Source: Octopus sinensis
Taxonomy: Eukaryota
NCBI RefSeq assembly: GCF_006345805.1
Contig: NW_021835362.1
Span: 1 to 40,598, forward strand
Reading direction: 5' to 3'
DNA: 40,598 nucleotides
Shown here: positions 11,901 to 23,394 of the stretch, in pieces
How positions within the stretch are numbered: the first letter of the stretch is position 1
Layout of the letters: every line of letters begins with the position of its first letter
Program-made: the position numbers and the translations under genes
Notes under the pieces: model-generated
Told to the model about the DNA's origin: nothing
Database searches by the model: none
What the model saw: only the letters and a program-made list of their open reading frames with translations

Positions 11901-13632
11901 CGGAAGCTTTATGAAAATAAACAAAAGACGAAGGCAGGTGGAAAGACAAACGAACAATTGTATTAGTATGGCGCTCAGGAAATATAAATAAAACAAGTCT
12001 TTAACGTTTCGAGCCTACGCTCTTCAACAGAAAGATACACAGAGAGAGAAAAACACAGAAAGAAGGAGAGAAAAAAATGCGTGCAGTAGCTAACGAATCA
12101 ACATGGCGATCTGATTTCGGCCAGAGGTCAAAGATCAAACATGAGACGCGAGAGCGAAATAAGGGGAGATAATAGGGTTGATAAAAGGGTGAGTGACCAG
12201 CTAAAAGTGCGTGGGAGGGGTCTGGATGTGTGTATGTATAGGGTTGGTGTATGTATTAGTATGTATACGGGTGTGTGTGTGTGTGTTGTGTGTATGAGAG
12301 AGTATTAGTGCGTAAGATTGGTCTGGACGTGCGTATGTATGGGGTTGGTGTATGTATTAGTATGTATTAGTATGTATTAGTACGTATTGTATGTATAGGT
12401 GTGTGTGTGTGTGTGTGAGAGAGTATAAGTGTGTATGCGGGTCTGGACGTGTGTATGTATAGGGTTGGTGTAAGTATTAGTATGTACTAGTATGTATTAG
12501 TATGTATTAGTATGTATTGGTTGGTGTGTGTATTAGTATGGCACATCATATGTGATGTGATGTGTAAAGTCATGTGGTGTAGTGAGGAGAAGAGGGGGAG
12601 GGGGAGAAGAGGGGGGAGAGAAGGGGAGGGGAAGAAGAGGGGGGAGAGAAGGGGGAAGAGGAGACGATGGGGGAGAAGAAGTGAGGAGGGGGATAAGGAG
12701 GAAAGAGGGAGAGGGGGAGAGAGAGAAGGGGAGTGAGGGAGCAGAGGGAAGGGGAAGAGGGAGGGAGAAAGAGGGAAGAAGGGAAGAGTAGGGTGCAAGG
12801 ATGAAAGGATGAGGACTGAAGAAGTAGGGTCGGTCGGGGAGAAAGGAAGGTGGAAGGGGGGAGAGGGGGTTAGATGAGGAGGGGGGGAGAGTTGAGACCA
12901 AATGGCGTATAAGAGCGAAGAGAGAAGATTATATTCCTGTTCACGGCGCAAACGGGAATCCGGATGGCCTCTGTGTAAGGACAAACCGAACACAGATAGG
13001 TGTTGCAAGGATTGACCGTGGAGCGGAAATGGCGTGAGACCGGTGTGTCGTTCGCAAGGTGGATGTCACGAAGGTGTTCCGCGAACCGGTCAGCCAAGCG
13101 GCGTCCGTTTGTCCGATGTACAAGGAATTGCAGAGAGAGCAAGAGATGCAATAGATAATATTGCTGGAGTTGCAGGTGAAGGAGTGGATGATGGGATAGG
13201 GTCGATGGTGGGTGCTAGTGAGGCGGGTGGTGTTGGAGAGGTAAGGGCAAGTGCGGCAACGGGGCGGGAGCAGGGGAACGAGCCGGGTTGGGAGGTAGGG
13301 TCAGGGAAGGAGCTATGGACCAAAGGGTCTCGAAGGTGTGGGCTCGTTGAAAGAGGGGAGGGGTCGGTTAGGGAAGAGATGTGAAGTGGACGGGTCGGAC
13401 TGGAGATGACGGAAAGCTCGAAGAATGGTGCGTTTGGAGACGTAGGGTCGTGGGGTGGTAAGTGAGGGGAAAAGGGAGGCGGGAGACTACAGGGCGGGTT
13501 CGGGGAGAGAGAGCAGATAACGGTCCACGGACCGTGCTCTGGCAAGGGCGGTGTGGATAGTGGTGAGGGTATCCACGTAGGGTGAAGTGGTGAGCCATAC
13601 GTTGAGACTGAGTCTCAAAGTCATGGTCGTCA
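11898..13632 (-). mobile_element. 5'-truncated Penelope-like element (GIY-YIG endonuclease plus 3' terminal region), frameshifted
   Basis: Minus strand across two 1-bp frameshifts: PGSFPCSRP/RCRTCPYLSNTT...HSFTCNSSNIIYCISCSLCNSLYIGQT/RRLADRFAEHLRDI; then a pyrimidine tract, ~100-120-bp subrepeats (12219, 12321, 12440) and a degenerate HHR; flanked by (TA)n on both sides. Confidence 0.85.
11998..12035 (-). ncRNA. Minimal type I hammerhead motif, degenerate (A6U)
   Basis: UCUUU-CUGUUGA-A-GAGC(GUAG)GCUC-GAAA-C-GUU-AAAGA; stem I 5 bp, stem II 4 bp, palindromic AACGUU stem III. Confidence 0.55.
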
Positions 13633-13732
13633 CTATATATATATATATAATCCATATGTATATATGTATATATACATTATATATAGGTAGTGGGTAGCGA
13701 TTTCCTCTACTACTTCAGGAATTGACGACCCT

Positions 13733-14075
13733 GCCAGACACGAATCCCGGGCTCAGCTGGCTCCGGCTGACAGCACCCGGTATGGGCCCCCACCCAGTGT
13801 TACGGAAAGGAGACAACCTTCAAAGAAATCCGGAGTGGAGACCTGTAGGCGGTTTAGTATTCGACTCGACACTCTTCGATTCGATACAAACGTAATGCTC
13901 TGCACTACTTTGAACTACGTCAGCAAGGTCGAGAGAGGAATCCTGACGATTGGGCTACCCAGGATTTTCTTACATCTAACTCAGGCCTGCGCAAAACTGG
14001 AGAGGAAACTGGAGAGGACACTTCAATGCTGTTGTAAAAAGTGGCAGAAAAAACATGGTTGGGGTAGCAGCAGGA
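13733..14075 (+). mobile_element. Second copy of the 7300-7700 repeat family (more upstream part)
   Basis: 13891-14050 matches 7321-7480. Confidence 0.55.
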
Positions 14076-14159
14076 GATGTAAATGACATGAAATGTAAAA
14101 CCCAGACTTTTTTATGCTCATCTCCATTGTCTCCCGAGACAAAAGGATGCCAACAACAA

Positions 14160-14175
14160 CATTATATATATGCAT

Positions 14176-14260
<85 letters not shown>

Positions 14261-14299
14261 CATGTATATATATGCATATATATATATGTATATATATGC

Positions 14300-14349
<50 letters not shown>

Positions 14350-14400
14350 GTCTATATACATATTGGTTATATATATGTATTATATACACATGTATATATG
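14160..14400. repeat. (TA)n microsatellite
   Basis: Direct inspection. Confidence 0.9.
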
Positions 14401-14414
14401 GATAAATAAATAGA

Positions 14415-15411
14415 GTTAAACGCAGGTTTATTCAAATTCTTTTACTTCCGACATATGTTTCGAAGATAACATTGGTATTATTCCAGAAAGAATAAAATGG
14501 TATGAAACAATGCAATCTTCTCATGAGGGAAAGAAAGAAACCAAACACACCAATAAGACATTTCAACAGAATGAGATGACTCTGTATATAATGAAGGGAA
14601 CGCTATAAAGTTGGGTTTTTTTTTTAAAGAACTGTTAATAGATATAACGTCAAAGGTAGTTTATAGAAAAAGAAGGAGGCGAAAGGAAGAAATTAGCAGT
14701 AAACTAATAGTGAAGAGATTTAGAGCGATAGGTGAATTAGAATAAAGCTTAAAGGCATGGGAGTAGATATACTTAGTGGTAGTGAAATGTAAGAAGACTG
14801 TCAAAGGTCGAGTTTTATAGAATGGTAGAAATCACTTATAGGAACTAAAGGTATATTTCTGCTAATGTTTGCAGTGATAAACGCATTCTATAAACGTCTT
14901 TACAAGGAGATTCTTTGAGCATAGGATAAAAAAACATTTCACTATTACAAAGCGAACAAAAAGATTTACCTTTGTCATACAGTAAAGAAATAGAGAGAAT
15001 GTTCCATTCCAAATCAAATTATTTATCATGCTCTTTTAGATACCAGATTAATTTACTAAGCCCAGTATTGTTACGTTTATTGATATGCCTAAATGTAGAG
15101 TAATGATTAGATATTCTTTTAATTAACTGAGATTAACAACAACCTATATAAAAAAAGACGTCAGACCCAGAAGTAATTTTACATTAATAAAGAGTGTTTC
15201 TAGTTTTAGAATTACTGTTAAAAAAACGAATGCAATTGGAGTCGACTTCAGAAATAATAACCCTGTTGTTATTATTATTTGAAGAATGGTTAGTGTTAAC
15301 AAAAAAGATGTTAGCATTTTCATTAAGTGGATTTGTATTTAACAACTTATTGTTATATGAAGAGATGATCTGTGAAAGATTTTTTGTGTTAGAAAAACCT
15401 ATCCTAATTCG

Positions 15412-15415
<4 letters not shown>
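14415..15415 (-). mobile_element. Decayed Penelope-like element 3' fragment (GIY-YIG)
   Basis: Minus strand RIGFSNTKNLSQIISSYNNKLL...NTLY*CKITSGSDVFFYIG...KRISNHYSTFRHINKRNNTGLSKLIWYLKE..WNIL; same type as 39310-40460; HHR motif downstream. Confidence 0.8.
14445..14532 (-). ncRNA. Type I hammerhead motif with G5C core change
   Basis: UUUCC-CUCAUGA-GAAGAU...AUCUUC-GAAA-CAUAU-GUC-GGAAG; stem I 5 bp, stem II 6 bp plus CAUUG/CAAUG. Confidence 0.7.
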
Positions 15416-15507
<92 letters not shown>

Positions 15508-15540
15508 ATACATACAAATCTCTATATATACATCTATATG

Positions 15541-16811
15541 CGAAGGGTGTATGAAACGTTTTAAGCCTAACTTGGACATGGCTGCTAGGTATCTGAAACA
15601 TTTTTTCTGGTACGTACAGTCTTTCGGAGTATTCTTGTTCATTTTCTTGATTATGTTATTTTAATCTTTTGTTTCAGATTTTTGAATAAACAAGTCTCGA
15701 GGTTACAAGGAAAATGGACAAAACTGAGTATCGCGCTGTCAAAAAGTACCTCGATTTGAAAGGCATGACTCCATCAGAAATTCATGAAGATATGTTGAGA
15801 ACCTTAACAGACAATTCTCCTTCATATGCAACAGTCAAACGCTGGGTAAATGAATTCCAGCGTGGCAGGGGAATGTGGAAGATGATTCCACACCTGAGAG
15901 ACCTCCAACTGCAACCACAGAGGACAAGATTGACCTTACTCTTGGTATGATAATGCAAGATCGTCGAATAGCTGAGATACTGGGTATCTAAACTGAAAGA
16001 GCAGACAACATTGTGACAAAAGAACTTGGGGTCTCAAAGGTTTCTGCAAGGTGGGTCCCTCGCCTTTTGACTCCTGTACAGAAACGCACCAGGCGCACTT
16101 TGTCCACAAGCAATCTGCAACTGTTTGAAGTCGATGAAGAGAATTTTCTTGCTCGTTTCATTACTATGGACGAAAGTTAGGTTCATCACTACCAGCCTGA
16201 CGCCAAAGAACAATCAAAGCAGTGGAAATACACATCTTCTCCTCCCTTAAAGAAGGCCAGTCATTCCTTCAGCTGGCAAGGTCACGGTGTGTGTTTTCGG
16301 GAATTCTCAAGGTGTCTTGCTGATCGATTACCTTGAAAAGGGTCACACCGTGGCAGGGCTGTATTATTCTCAGCTACTGAAACGCCTCTGAGAAGCAATC
16401 AAAGAAAAATGACCGGGAATGCTCACCAGAGGAGTCCTTTTTCATCACGACAATGCTCCAGCCAAAATCTCAGTGGTTGCCATGGCAACAATTCGTGATT
16501 GTGATATGAACATACCCCCCCCCCCATCCGCCTTATTCGTCAGACTTAGCCCCCTCTGACTTCATCTATTCCCCAAAATGAAAAAAGCCCTGGCTGGTCA
16601 CCATTTTGCCAGTGACAATGACGTCATAGATGCTGTAGGAAATTTCTTGGAGTCTCCAACAAAAGAGTTCCTCTACGCTGGGATAATGGCGCTTCAGTAC
16701 CGCTGGACAAAGTGTTCAGCCATCGAGGGGGACTATGTTGAAAAATAAATCATTAGAAGTCTTGTACTATGTTTTGTTTCTTTGAGGCTCAAGACTTTTC
16801 ATACACCTCTA
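15541..16811 (+). mobile_element. Full-length decayed mariner transposon
   Basis: TIRs cgaagggtgtatgaaacgttttaagcct / aggctcaagacttttcatacacctct; transposase from 15714 (MDKTEYRAVKKYL...YATVKRWVNEF) through ITMDES, HHDNAP, YSSDLAPSDF to a stop at about 16748, with stops and frameshifts. Confidence 0.92.
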
Positions 16812-16819
16812 GTGTATAT

Positions 16820-18090
16820 CAGGTCATCCTTTAAGTTCTGTCCGAATTTTGAATAAAGAAAACAAATGATCAAATGTTATATTTAATTGAAATGTAATCA
16901 TCAATGTACTTTTTCTGTTTATTCATGACTTCCATCTATTTACACCTTTTTAATCCCATCAATGTAAAACTCTTTTGGTTTCAAAGCGAAGAACTCTGAA
17001 ATGTCAGTTTCGACCTCCTGGCTTGCAAAAGTTATGTCCCCCAAATGATTCCGTAAACTACGAAACAAATGGTAGTCTGAAGGAGCAAGGTCAGGAGAAT
17101 AAGGTGGATGAGAAATTTTTTCTCAACCAAACTCTTCGATCTTCTGTGATGTGATCTTTGCAATATGGGGTCACGCATTGTCCTGATGAAACATCACTCC
17201 TTTTCGATTCACTAAAGCGGGTCATTTTTCTTCAAAGCTTGGTTCAAACGCTCTCATTGCTGACAGTAGACTTGAGCATTGATTGTTGCATTAGGTGTTA
17301 CCAATTCAAAGGGAATTACTCCTTTGCAATCCCACCAGATAGAGAGAACCTTTTTCCCATGAAGTTCCCTTCTCGGTTGTGGTTGAGCTTTTTCCCTTTT
17401 ACCAAGCCACTGTTTACGACGTTTAACATTTCGATTAGAAGATCCATTTTTCGTCCCCATTCACAAGTCTATCCAAAATGGGTGAACTGAGTTCGCGAGA
17501 ATGGAGAGAAGATCAGATGTCAAGTCTGGATTTGCGGTTGCTTTCGGACAATTCATGAGGCATATATTTTCCAAGTTTAGGAACCTTTCCTAGTTCTTGA
17601 AGATGACGATAAACAGTTGTATGGTTTGAACTAAGCTTTATTGTCAATTCTGCAACTGATACTGCAGGATTTTCTTCAAGTATTACCTCTAGGAGCTTAT
17701 CATCAAACTCAACTTGACGTCCTGTTCGATCTTCATCATCAAGGCTAAAAATTCCACTTCTGAATTTTGCAAACCATCTTCTGCAAGTTTTTCATTCAAG
17801 CATTCTTTCCTATAAACTCAGTGTATGTTTCAAGTCACTTCAGCTGCAGAGTTTCCTTTTTCTTTTATTCATAAAACTTTATGTGCCTTAAATGCGCTTT
17901 GGATACTTCCATGTTAGAAAGGGTTTTAATCAAAGAAATCTTAATTCTATTATTGTGTACATTAATATTTAATTAGTTTAAATGTACACTAATGCATAAA
18001 AATAATTTTTAATTCCATTAGATATTCTAAAATACTATTAAATTTCATTAAAAAGGTAAAATCGGACAGAAATTATGGGATGACATGATA
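16820..18090 (-). mobile_element. Full-length decayed mariner transposon, different subfamily
   Basis: TIRs caggtcatcctttaagttctgtccga / tcggacagaaattatgggatgacatg flanked by TA; minus strand ELHGKKVLSIWWDCKGVIPFEL and YSPDLAPSDYHLF-like motifs. Confidence 0.9.
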
Positions 18091-18122
18091 CATAGATACA
18101 TTTACATCTATTCAACTACATC

Positions 18123-18497
18123 TTTTTTTTTCTAGTTTCAGCTCAGAGCTGCGGCCATGCTGATGCACCGCCGTTTTGTGCTACACTGTTATTGCGACGA
18201 ACCTCGTCTAATATGTGGCACTTGGTGAAGAATGGAGTTTGATACAGCTACTCTCATTTGCACCTCTTGCCGTGAGGTAGATTCATCTGGGACTCTTGAC
18301 AGTAAGATGTCCAGCTTTGATTTAAAATCGCGACATTCTACTTTGTTCAAGTTCCTCAGACTCTTTGGGAGAATATTAAAACGCTGTGGGCCCTTGAAAC
18401 CCAGGCTGTTGCAGAAACTGGTCCTGAAGCGTGATGGCATTGGTGGGATCTTTGGCATTATGCAGTGTCGTCCCGTTCTAGCATTGGTGTAGCTTAC
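18123..18497 (-). mobile_element. CR1/L2-type LINE 3' fragment
   Basis: [16 protein letters not shown]...NSLGFKGPQRFNILPKSLRNL...FKSKLDILLSRVPDE then 3' end ctgagctgaaactag; the same 3' end occurs at about 10925-10940. Confidence 0.75.
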
Positions 18498-18537
18498 ATC
18501 TATACATATAAAATTATAAATATAGATCTCTCTCTCT

Positions 18538-18550
<13 letters not shown>

Positions 18551-18620
<70 letters not shown>

Positions 18621-18680
18621 TCACATGTATGTGTGTGTTCACATGTATGTGTGTGCACATATATGCATGTATACTTATTT

Positions 18681-18714
<34 letters not shown>

Positions 18715-19021
18715 ATATATATATATGCATAAATATATATATACATAAATATACATATTTATACAAAAATATATATTCATATATGTATATACATATATAT
18801 ATATACACACATATATATACGCATATATATGCACATATATATACATATTTATATATGCATATATACACGTATGTATATACTTATCTACATATAGATATAT
18901 ATATATACATGTATGCATATCTATCTATTTATCCATATAGATCTATGTATAAACATATATATATACATATATACATATATGTGAAGATGTATATACTTAT
19001 ATAATGCATATATATAAATGT

Positions 19022-19072
<51 letters not shown>

Positions 19073-19303
19073 TCACATGTATGTGTGTGTTCACATGTAT
19101 GTGTGTGCACATATATGCATGTATACTTATTTATATATATATATATATATATGCATAAATATATATATACATAAATATACATATTTATATATGCATATAT
19201 ACACGTATGTATATACTTATCTACATATAGATATATATATATATATGCATAAATATATATATACATATTTATATATGCATATATACATGCATATATATAA
19301 ATG

Positions 19304-19336
<33 letters not shown>

Positions 19337-19395
19337 TCACATGTATGTGTGTGCACATATATGCATGTATACTTATTTATATATATATATATATG
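18551..19395. repeat. Compound TA/TG microsatellite with higher-order duplications
   Basis: Block atgtgtgtg...ttcacatgtatgtgtgtgcacatatatgcatgtatacttattt recurs at about 18601, 19051 and 19321. Confidence 0.9.
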
Positions 19396-20233
19396 ATCCG
19401 AGGATCAAGGTGTAGGAAGAAAGTTAGCTTCGAGCAAATCCGTGGTGAATATAAAAAAAAAACAATAATGGTTCATTCAGACGGAATATTGCGGATTATT
19501 TTTTATTATGGAAGAACGATGAACTTAGAGGTGTTTTTTATATTCCTCGGTAGGCACTAGGGTTGCCGAATGTACGAATATAGTGCTATACAAGAGTTAC
19601 GGAATGGAGTATGGGAACTCCGAGCTACATACGGGCTAAGCCCGGATGCCTCTCCCATTCTGCACACAACCACCCTTCGCCCCTTTTTTTTTCATTCCAG
19701 TGGCTGTAAGTATCCTCTGTACCGACTGGAGAGGGAAACCCCTGCAGCCAACCTCGACTAGAAAAAAGCCATAACTACCATCCCTCCTCTCTGCAATACT
19801 GCAGAATACTCTCATATTTAACTCGATTCAATTCGTGGGCCTGACCGTACTCTTCTTCCCACAGGATTAAAAGCTCAATCAAGATAATTTTCCTGATCTT
19901 TTCAGACCACCGAACTACATCTGGTCTCAAGGTTGTAGGGACAGCCTGGGGAAATTGCAGTCTCTACCCTATGTCCGCTTTCATATTTCATGATTGGGAT
20001 CCATTTAGTAAGCTATTTGTCGTTTTTGCTGTCCTCACTGGCTTCTCTCCATCTTTCACGAACTTGTTTTCCCCTATATATAACTTGTTTTCCTTATATA
20101 TATATAACCCTAACCCTAGTATATATATACGTACATATATATATATATATATAATATAAATATATATACATACATATGTATATGTACTTGGAAATGGATG
20201 CGTGGCGTTCGATAATATAATAATATAAATCAC

Positions 20234-20752
20234 TCTATATATAAATGGCAGTTTGTCTGTCTGTGTGTCTGTGTGTCTGTCAGGTTGTACCCTCGCCCTG
20301 ACCACGGCTTTCAACCGATTCTGATGAATCTTGACACACATATAGCTCAATGTCATAATTCAAAACTAACGCAGCGAAAAGTTTGAAAAGTTCCCCCAGT
20401 TCTGAAAAAAATCGATAATTCGACATGGGGTCGAGAATCTAAGCTTTTTATTTGCAACAGATTTTCTGTTGTAGTTTCTGCAACTTGCAATCGATTTTCA
20501 CCAAACTCATGGTGAAGCTTAATGTTACCCTAAGAAACTTAATTCTGACGTTAGTTTTCCATGCAATACCTTACCATCACAAAAAAAATCGATAAAATCA
20601 TGCCACTTTGGGAAATCGCGTTCAAATTCAAGATAACATATTTTCGACAATATCTTTCACAATTTGGCAGGAAATTTTTAAAAATTCACAGCGAGCATCA
20701 TGTCTGCTCCAGGGGCTCTTACATACCCGGACAATGCCGGCTATGCTGCTAG
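20234..20752 (+). mobile_element. Non-autonomous Helitron-like element
   Basis: 5' TCtatatataaa followed by (CTGT)n-like tract; 3' GC-rich ccggacaatgccgg then CTAG|t. Confidence 0.75.
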
Positions 20753-21506
20753 TAATATATAAATATATGCATATATACATGCATATATGTACATATCTAC
20801 ATACATATGTATATATAGATACATATATGGGTACAGGACGTCGAAAACACGTGAACAAAATGAGAAACGAGAACATAAAAAACAAAAACATAGAAAACGA
20901 ACTTTTTTTCGAACAACGAAAGAAACACAGAGAAACGAGACAGGCAACATAAAGAACAATCCTTCATCATTTGTCCCCTGTTTTATCTACTCCGTGTTCG
21001 AAGGTAGGGACAAGACTCGACTTCGTTAAAACAGTTCTTCCCGCAAAGCAAATTAAATAAAATTTGGAATTTTTGTGGAGGAATAAAGTGGTAACAAAAA
21101 CAGTACAGTTATAAAAAAAAATCAGTAAAAACAAACGGTGAGGGATGTTAAGCCATGACGAGGTCAAGTGGTGAACGTTGGGACGACGAACTTTGAGAAG
21201 AAACAGGCAAAAGCACATCTTGTCTTTAGGAAGGAAGTGGAGGAAAGAAAGATAGATAGCCGTTGGTCACGTGTGAGCAAAGAGAGAGTCAAGGAGGAAG
21301 AGTGAGAGAAAGAGAGAGAGGGGGACGGTGATGGCGAGATGAGACGAATAGGGAAAGGGTGGGAGAGGAAATCAGAAAGGAAGAAGAACACGAGAGGGAG
21401 ATAGATAAAATAGAGATAGGATGTAGAGTGCGCATCGGAATTATTAAGAAAAAACTTACTTGGAAATGAATATATATATACAAATATACAAACACACAAA
21501 CACACG

Positions 21507-21561
<55 letters not shown>

Positions 21562-21744
21562 TGTTGGTGTTTGTCGTAGGTCGACGTTGACTGTTCCTTT
21601 TCAGAAGTCATCTCTAGTATGCTCGCATTTGGGCTGCAGCGATGGCATAGGCTGCAGGTGAAGTTCATAAACGCAACAGAGAAATGACGCCTCTCATGTG
21701 CTCATTCGTATTCCGTCTGTTGCTTCTACTCAGAGACTAGAATT

Positions 21745-21860
21745 ACGAATTTCACCTAGAGTATTGCACTCATAATCGTAAGACTGTGGTTTCGATTCTT
21801 GGACCGGGCGATGCATTGTGTTCTTGAGCAAAACACTCCTTTTCATGCTGCTCAAGTTCA
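21745..21860 (+). mobile_element. Degenerate SINE remnant
   Basis: ggtttcgattcttggaccgg...gttcttgagcaaaacact. Confidence 0.45.
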
Positions 21861-22043
21861 TTTTTTGTAGGCGGGCGGGGAGGCGCGGACAATACAATTC
21901 TTGGCAACATTACCTATTAGTTTTTAAGAATAGAGTATCAAACGAAGAGAAGCTCCACATGTTCATAAGAAAATTTAGGTGGATCAAGTACCTATTTATG
22001 ACAAAAATTCTCCAGAAACAAATCAACATTTTATAGAACAATA

Positions 22044-22105
22044 CAGGGTGGTGTAAAAGTAGACTTACAGTTGTATAATTGTAAGCCTACGTTTGCACCA
22101 CCCTG
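22044..22105. mobile_element. 62-bp Tc1/mariner-type fold-back MITE
   Basis: TA|cagggtggtgtaaaagtagacttaca ... tgtaagcctacgtttgcaccaccctg|TA. Confidence 0.7.
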
Positions 22106-22518
22106 TATGTTACTTGAGGATTACCATCAACCCTCACTCTTTACAATTTAGTCAATCATTTTCAAACGCATTCATGTAGAAAAACTTGCTGGAGGGTTTA
22201 TGGTAAAGCAAAAAATGTGGTCAAAAATGTCGATTTGGCTTTCCTAAGGCTGAAAGAAGATTCAATTTTTTTGTTGCCGAAAGTGGCAAATTAAAAAGGA
22301 ATGGGAACTGCGTCAAAATGCTTCATCAGCTTCAAAGAAAATCATCTGGAAATTTTATCAATGGTTCCAATCCTTTACCGTTTTTAATATGACAGGCAAA
22401 TGTCGGCTGTCCTTACATTCGAGACAACAGAATGATATGGACCAGAGCAAAAGCTATGAAAAATGGAACGGAAGGTGTTTTGGAAAATTTAGGTCAAAAT
22501 AAATTCCTGAAAGTATTC

Positions 22519-23320
22519 ATCAAATAGTGGGTGCAGTTTTATACTATTTAACATTTTTTTGCTTTTTATTGCAACTTTTTTAAATTGAAGCTAATATTTT
22601 GATTTACAAATTTCTTTGTATTTAACTGAAACATTTCTGTCTTATTTTAGTATTACTGGAATGAAAAATATGAGGGTAAACATAATTAATTATGATAACA
22701 GAAAAAATTGGACTACAATGCAAAAATGCGGCGCAGAGTGCTAGACTATGTTTAAGTATTGAAGCGGAAGAATTACAGGACAAGCAGTAATTAAGTTTGG
22801 GAGAGTATTCTGACTGGAAATAGAAAATACTCATCTCAAAATGAAAATGCTAATGAAATTAGTTCTTTTGTTTCTTTAAATAAATTTTAACTATTTTTAC
22901 TCTTATTTTTGGATTACATATATTCTGAACGAATTTAATATTAACATAATAACTGTGGTTTAAAATTTTTAGATAATGAGTTTTGTTAAGAAAATAAAAT
23001 TGTAAAATAATGTTATAATAAAAATAGCTTAGTACACAGAAAATTTTAAAGCAAAACTATTAACTTTGATTTCAAAACAATTGCAATAAAAAGCCAAAAA
23101 TCTATAAGAATCTATAAGAAAATCTATAAGAAAACAACAAAGTTCACGCACTATTTGATAAGCAAGTTCAAAACTTTTATTTTGCAAATTCTAACTTCAG
23201 CAGCAATATTTTAAGCTCTTTTCTTCTTCTGTACTTTCTCACGCCTAATTAATGCTTTTACATTAATTTACTAGGTTCAATACTTAAGAATATTCTAGCA
23301 CTCTGCGTCCGCACTTTTCA
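22519..23320. repeat. Two interleaved, diverged inverted-repeat pairs
   Basis: A about 22519-22620 vs A' about 23030-23159; B about 22722-22810 vs B' about 23225-23320. Confidence 0.6.
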
Positions 23321-23394
23321 TTTTTAGTATGCATATTTTTAGTATATATATTTAGTATATATATTTTTAGTACATATTTTTCATTTTCGTATAA

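Noticed and set aside
12487-13655. Pro/Leu/Ser-rich and Gly/Arg/Glu-rich ORFs
   Set aside because: They are alternative frames of the Penelope fragment and its purine/pyrimidine tract.
13733-13830. Possible HDV-like ribozyme at an RTE-type 5' end
   Set aside because: I could not fit the nested double pseudoknot by eye; it needs an RNAMotif or Infernal search.
10809-19415. Many 60-170-aa ORFs rich in YI, CV, HT or IY
   Set aside because: They are translations of (TA)n, (TG)n and (CA)n microsatellites, which lack stops in some frames.
19400-19965. GC-richer segment resembling a LINE 5' UTR or promoter
   Set aside because: No diagnostic motif, ORF or second copy in the window, so it is left unannotated.
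20105-20119. TAACCC telomere-like motif
   Set aside because: Only two units, ending in CTAG; more likely part of a repeat terminus.
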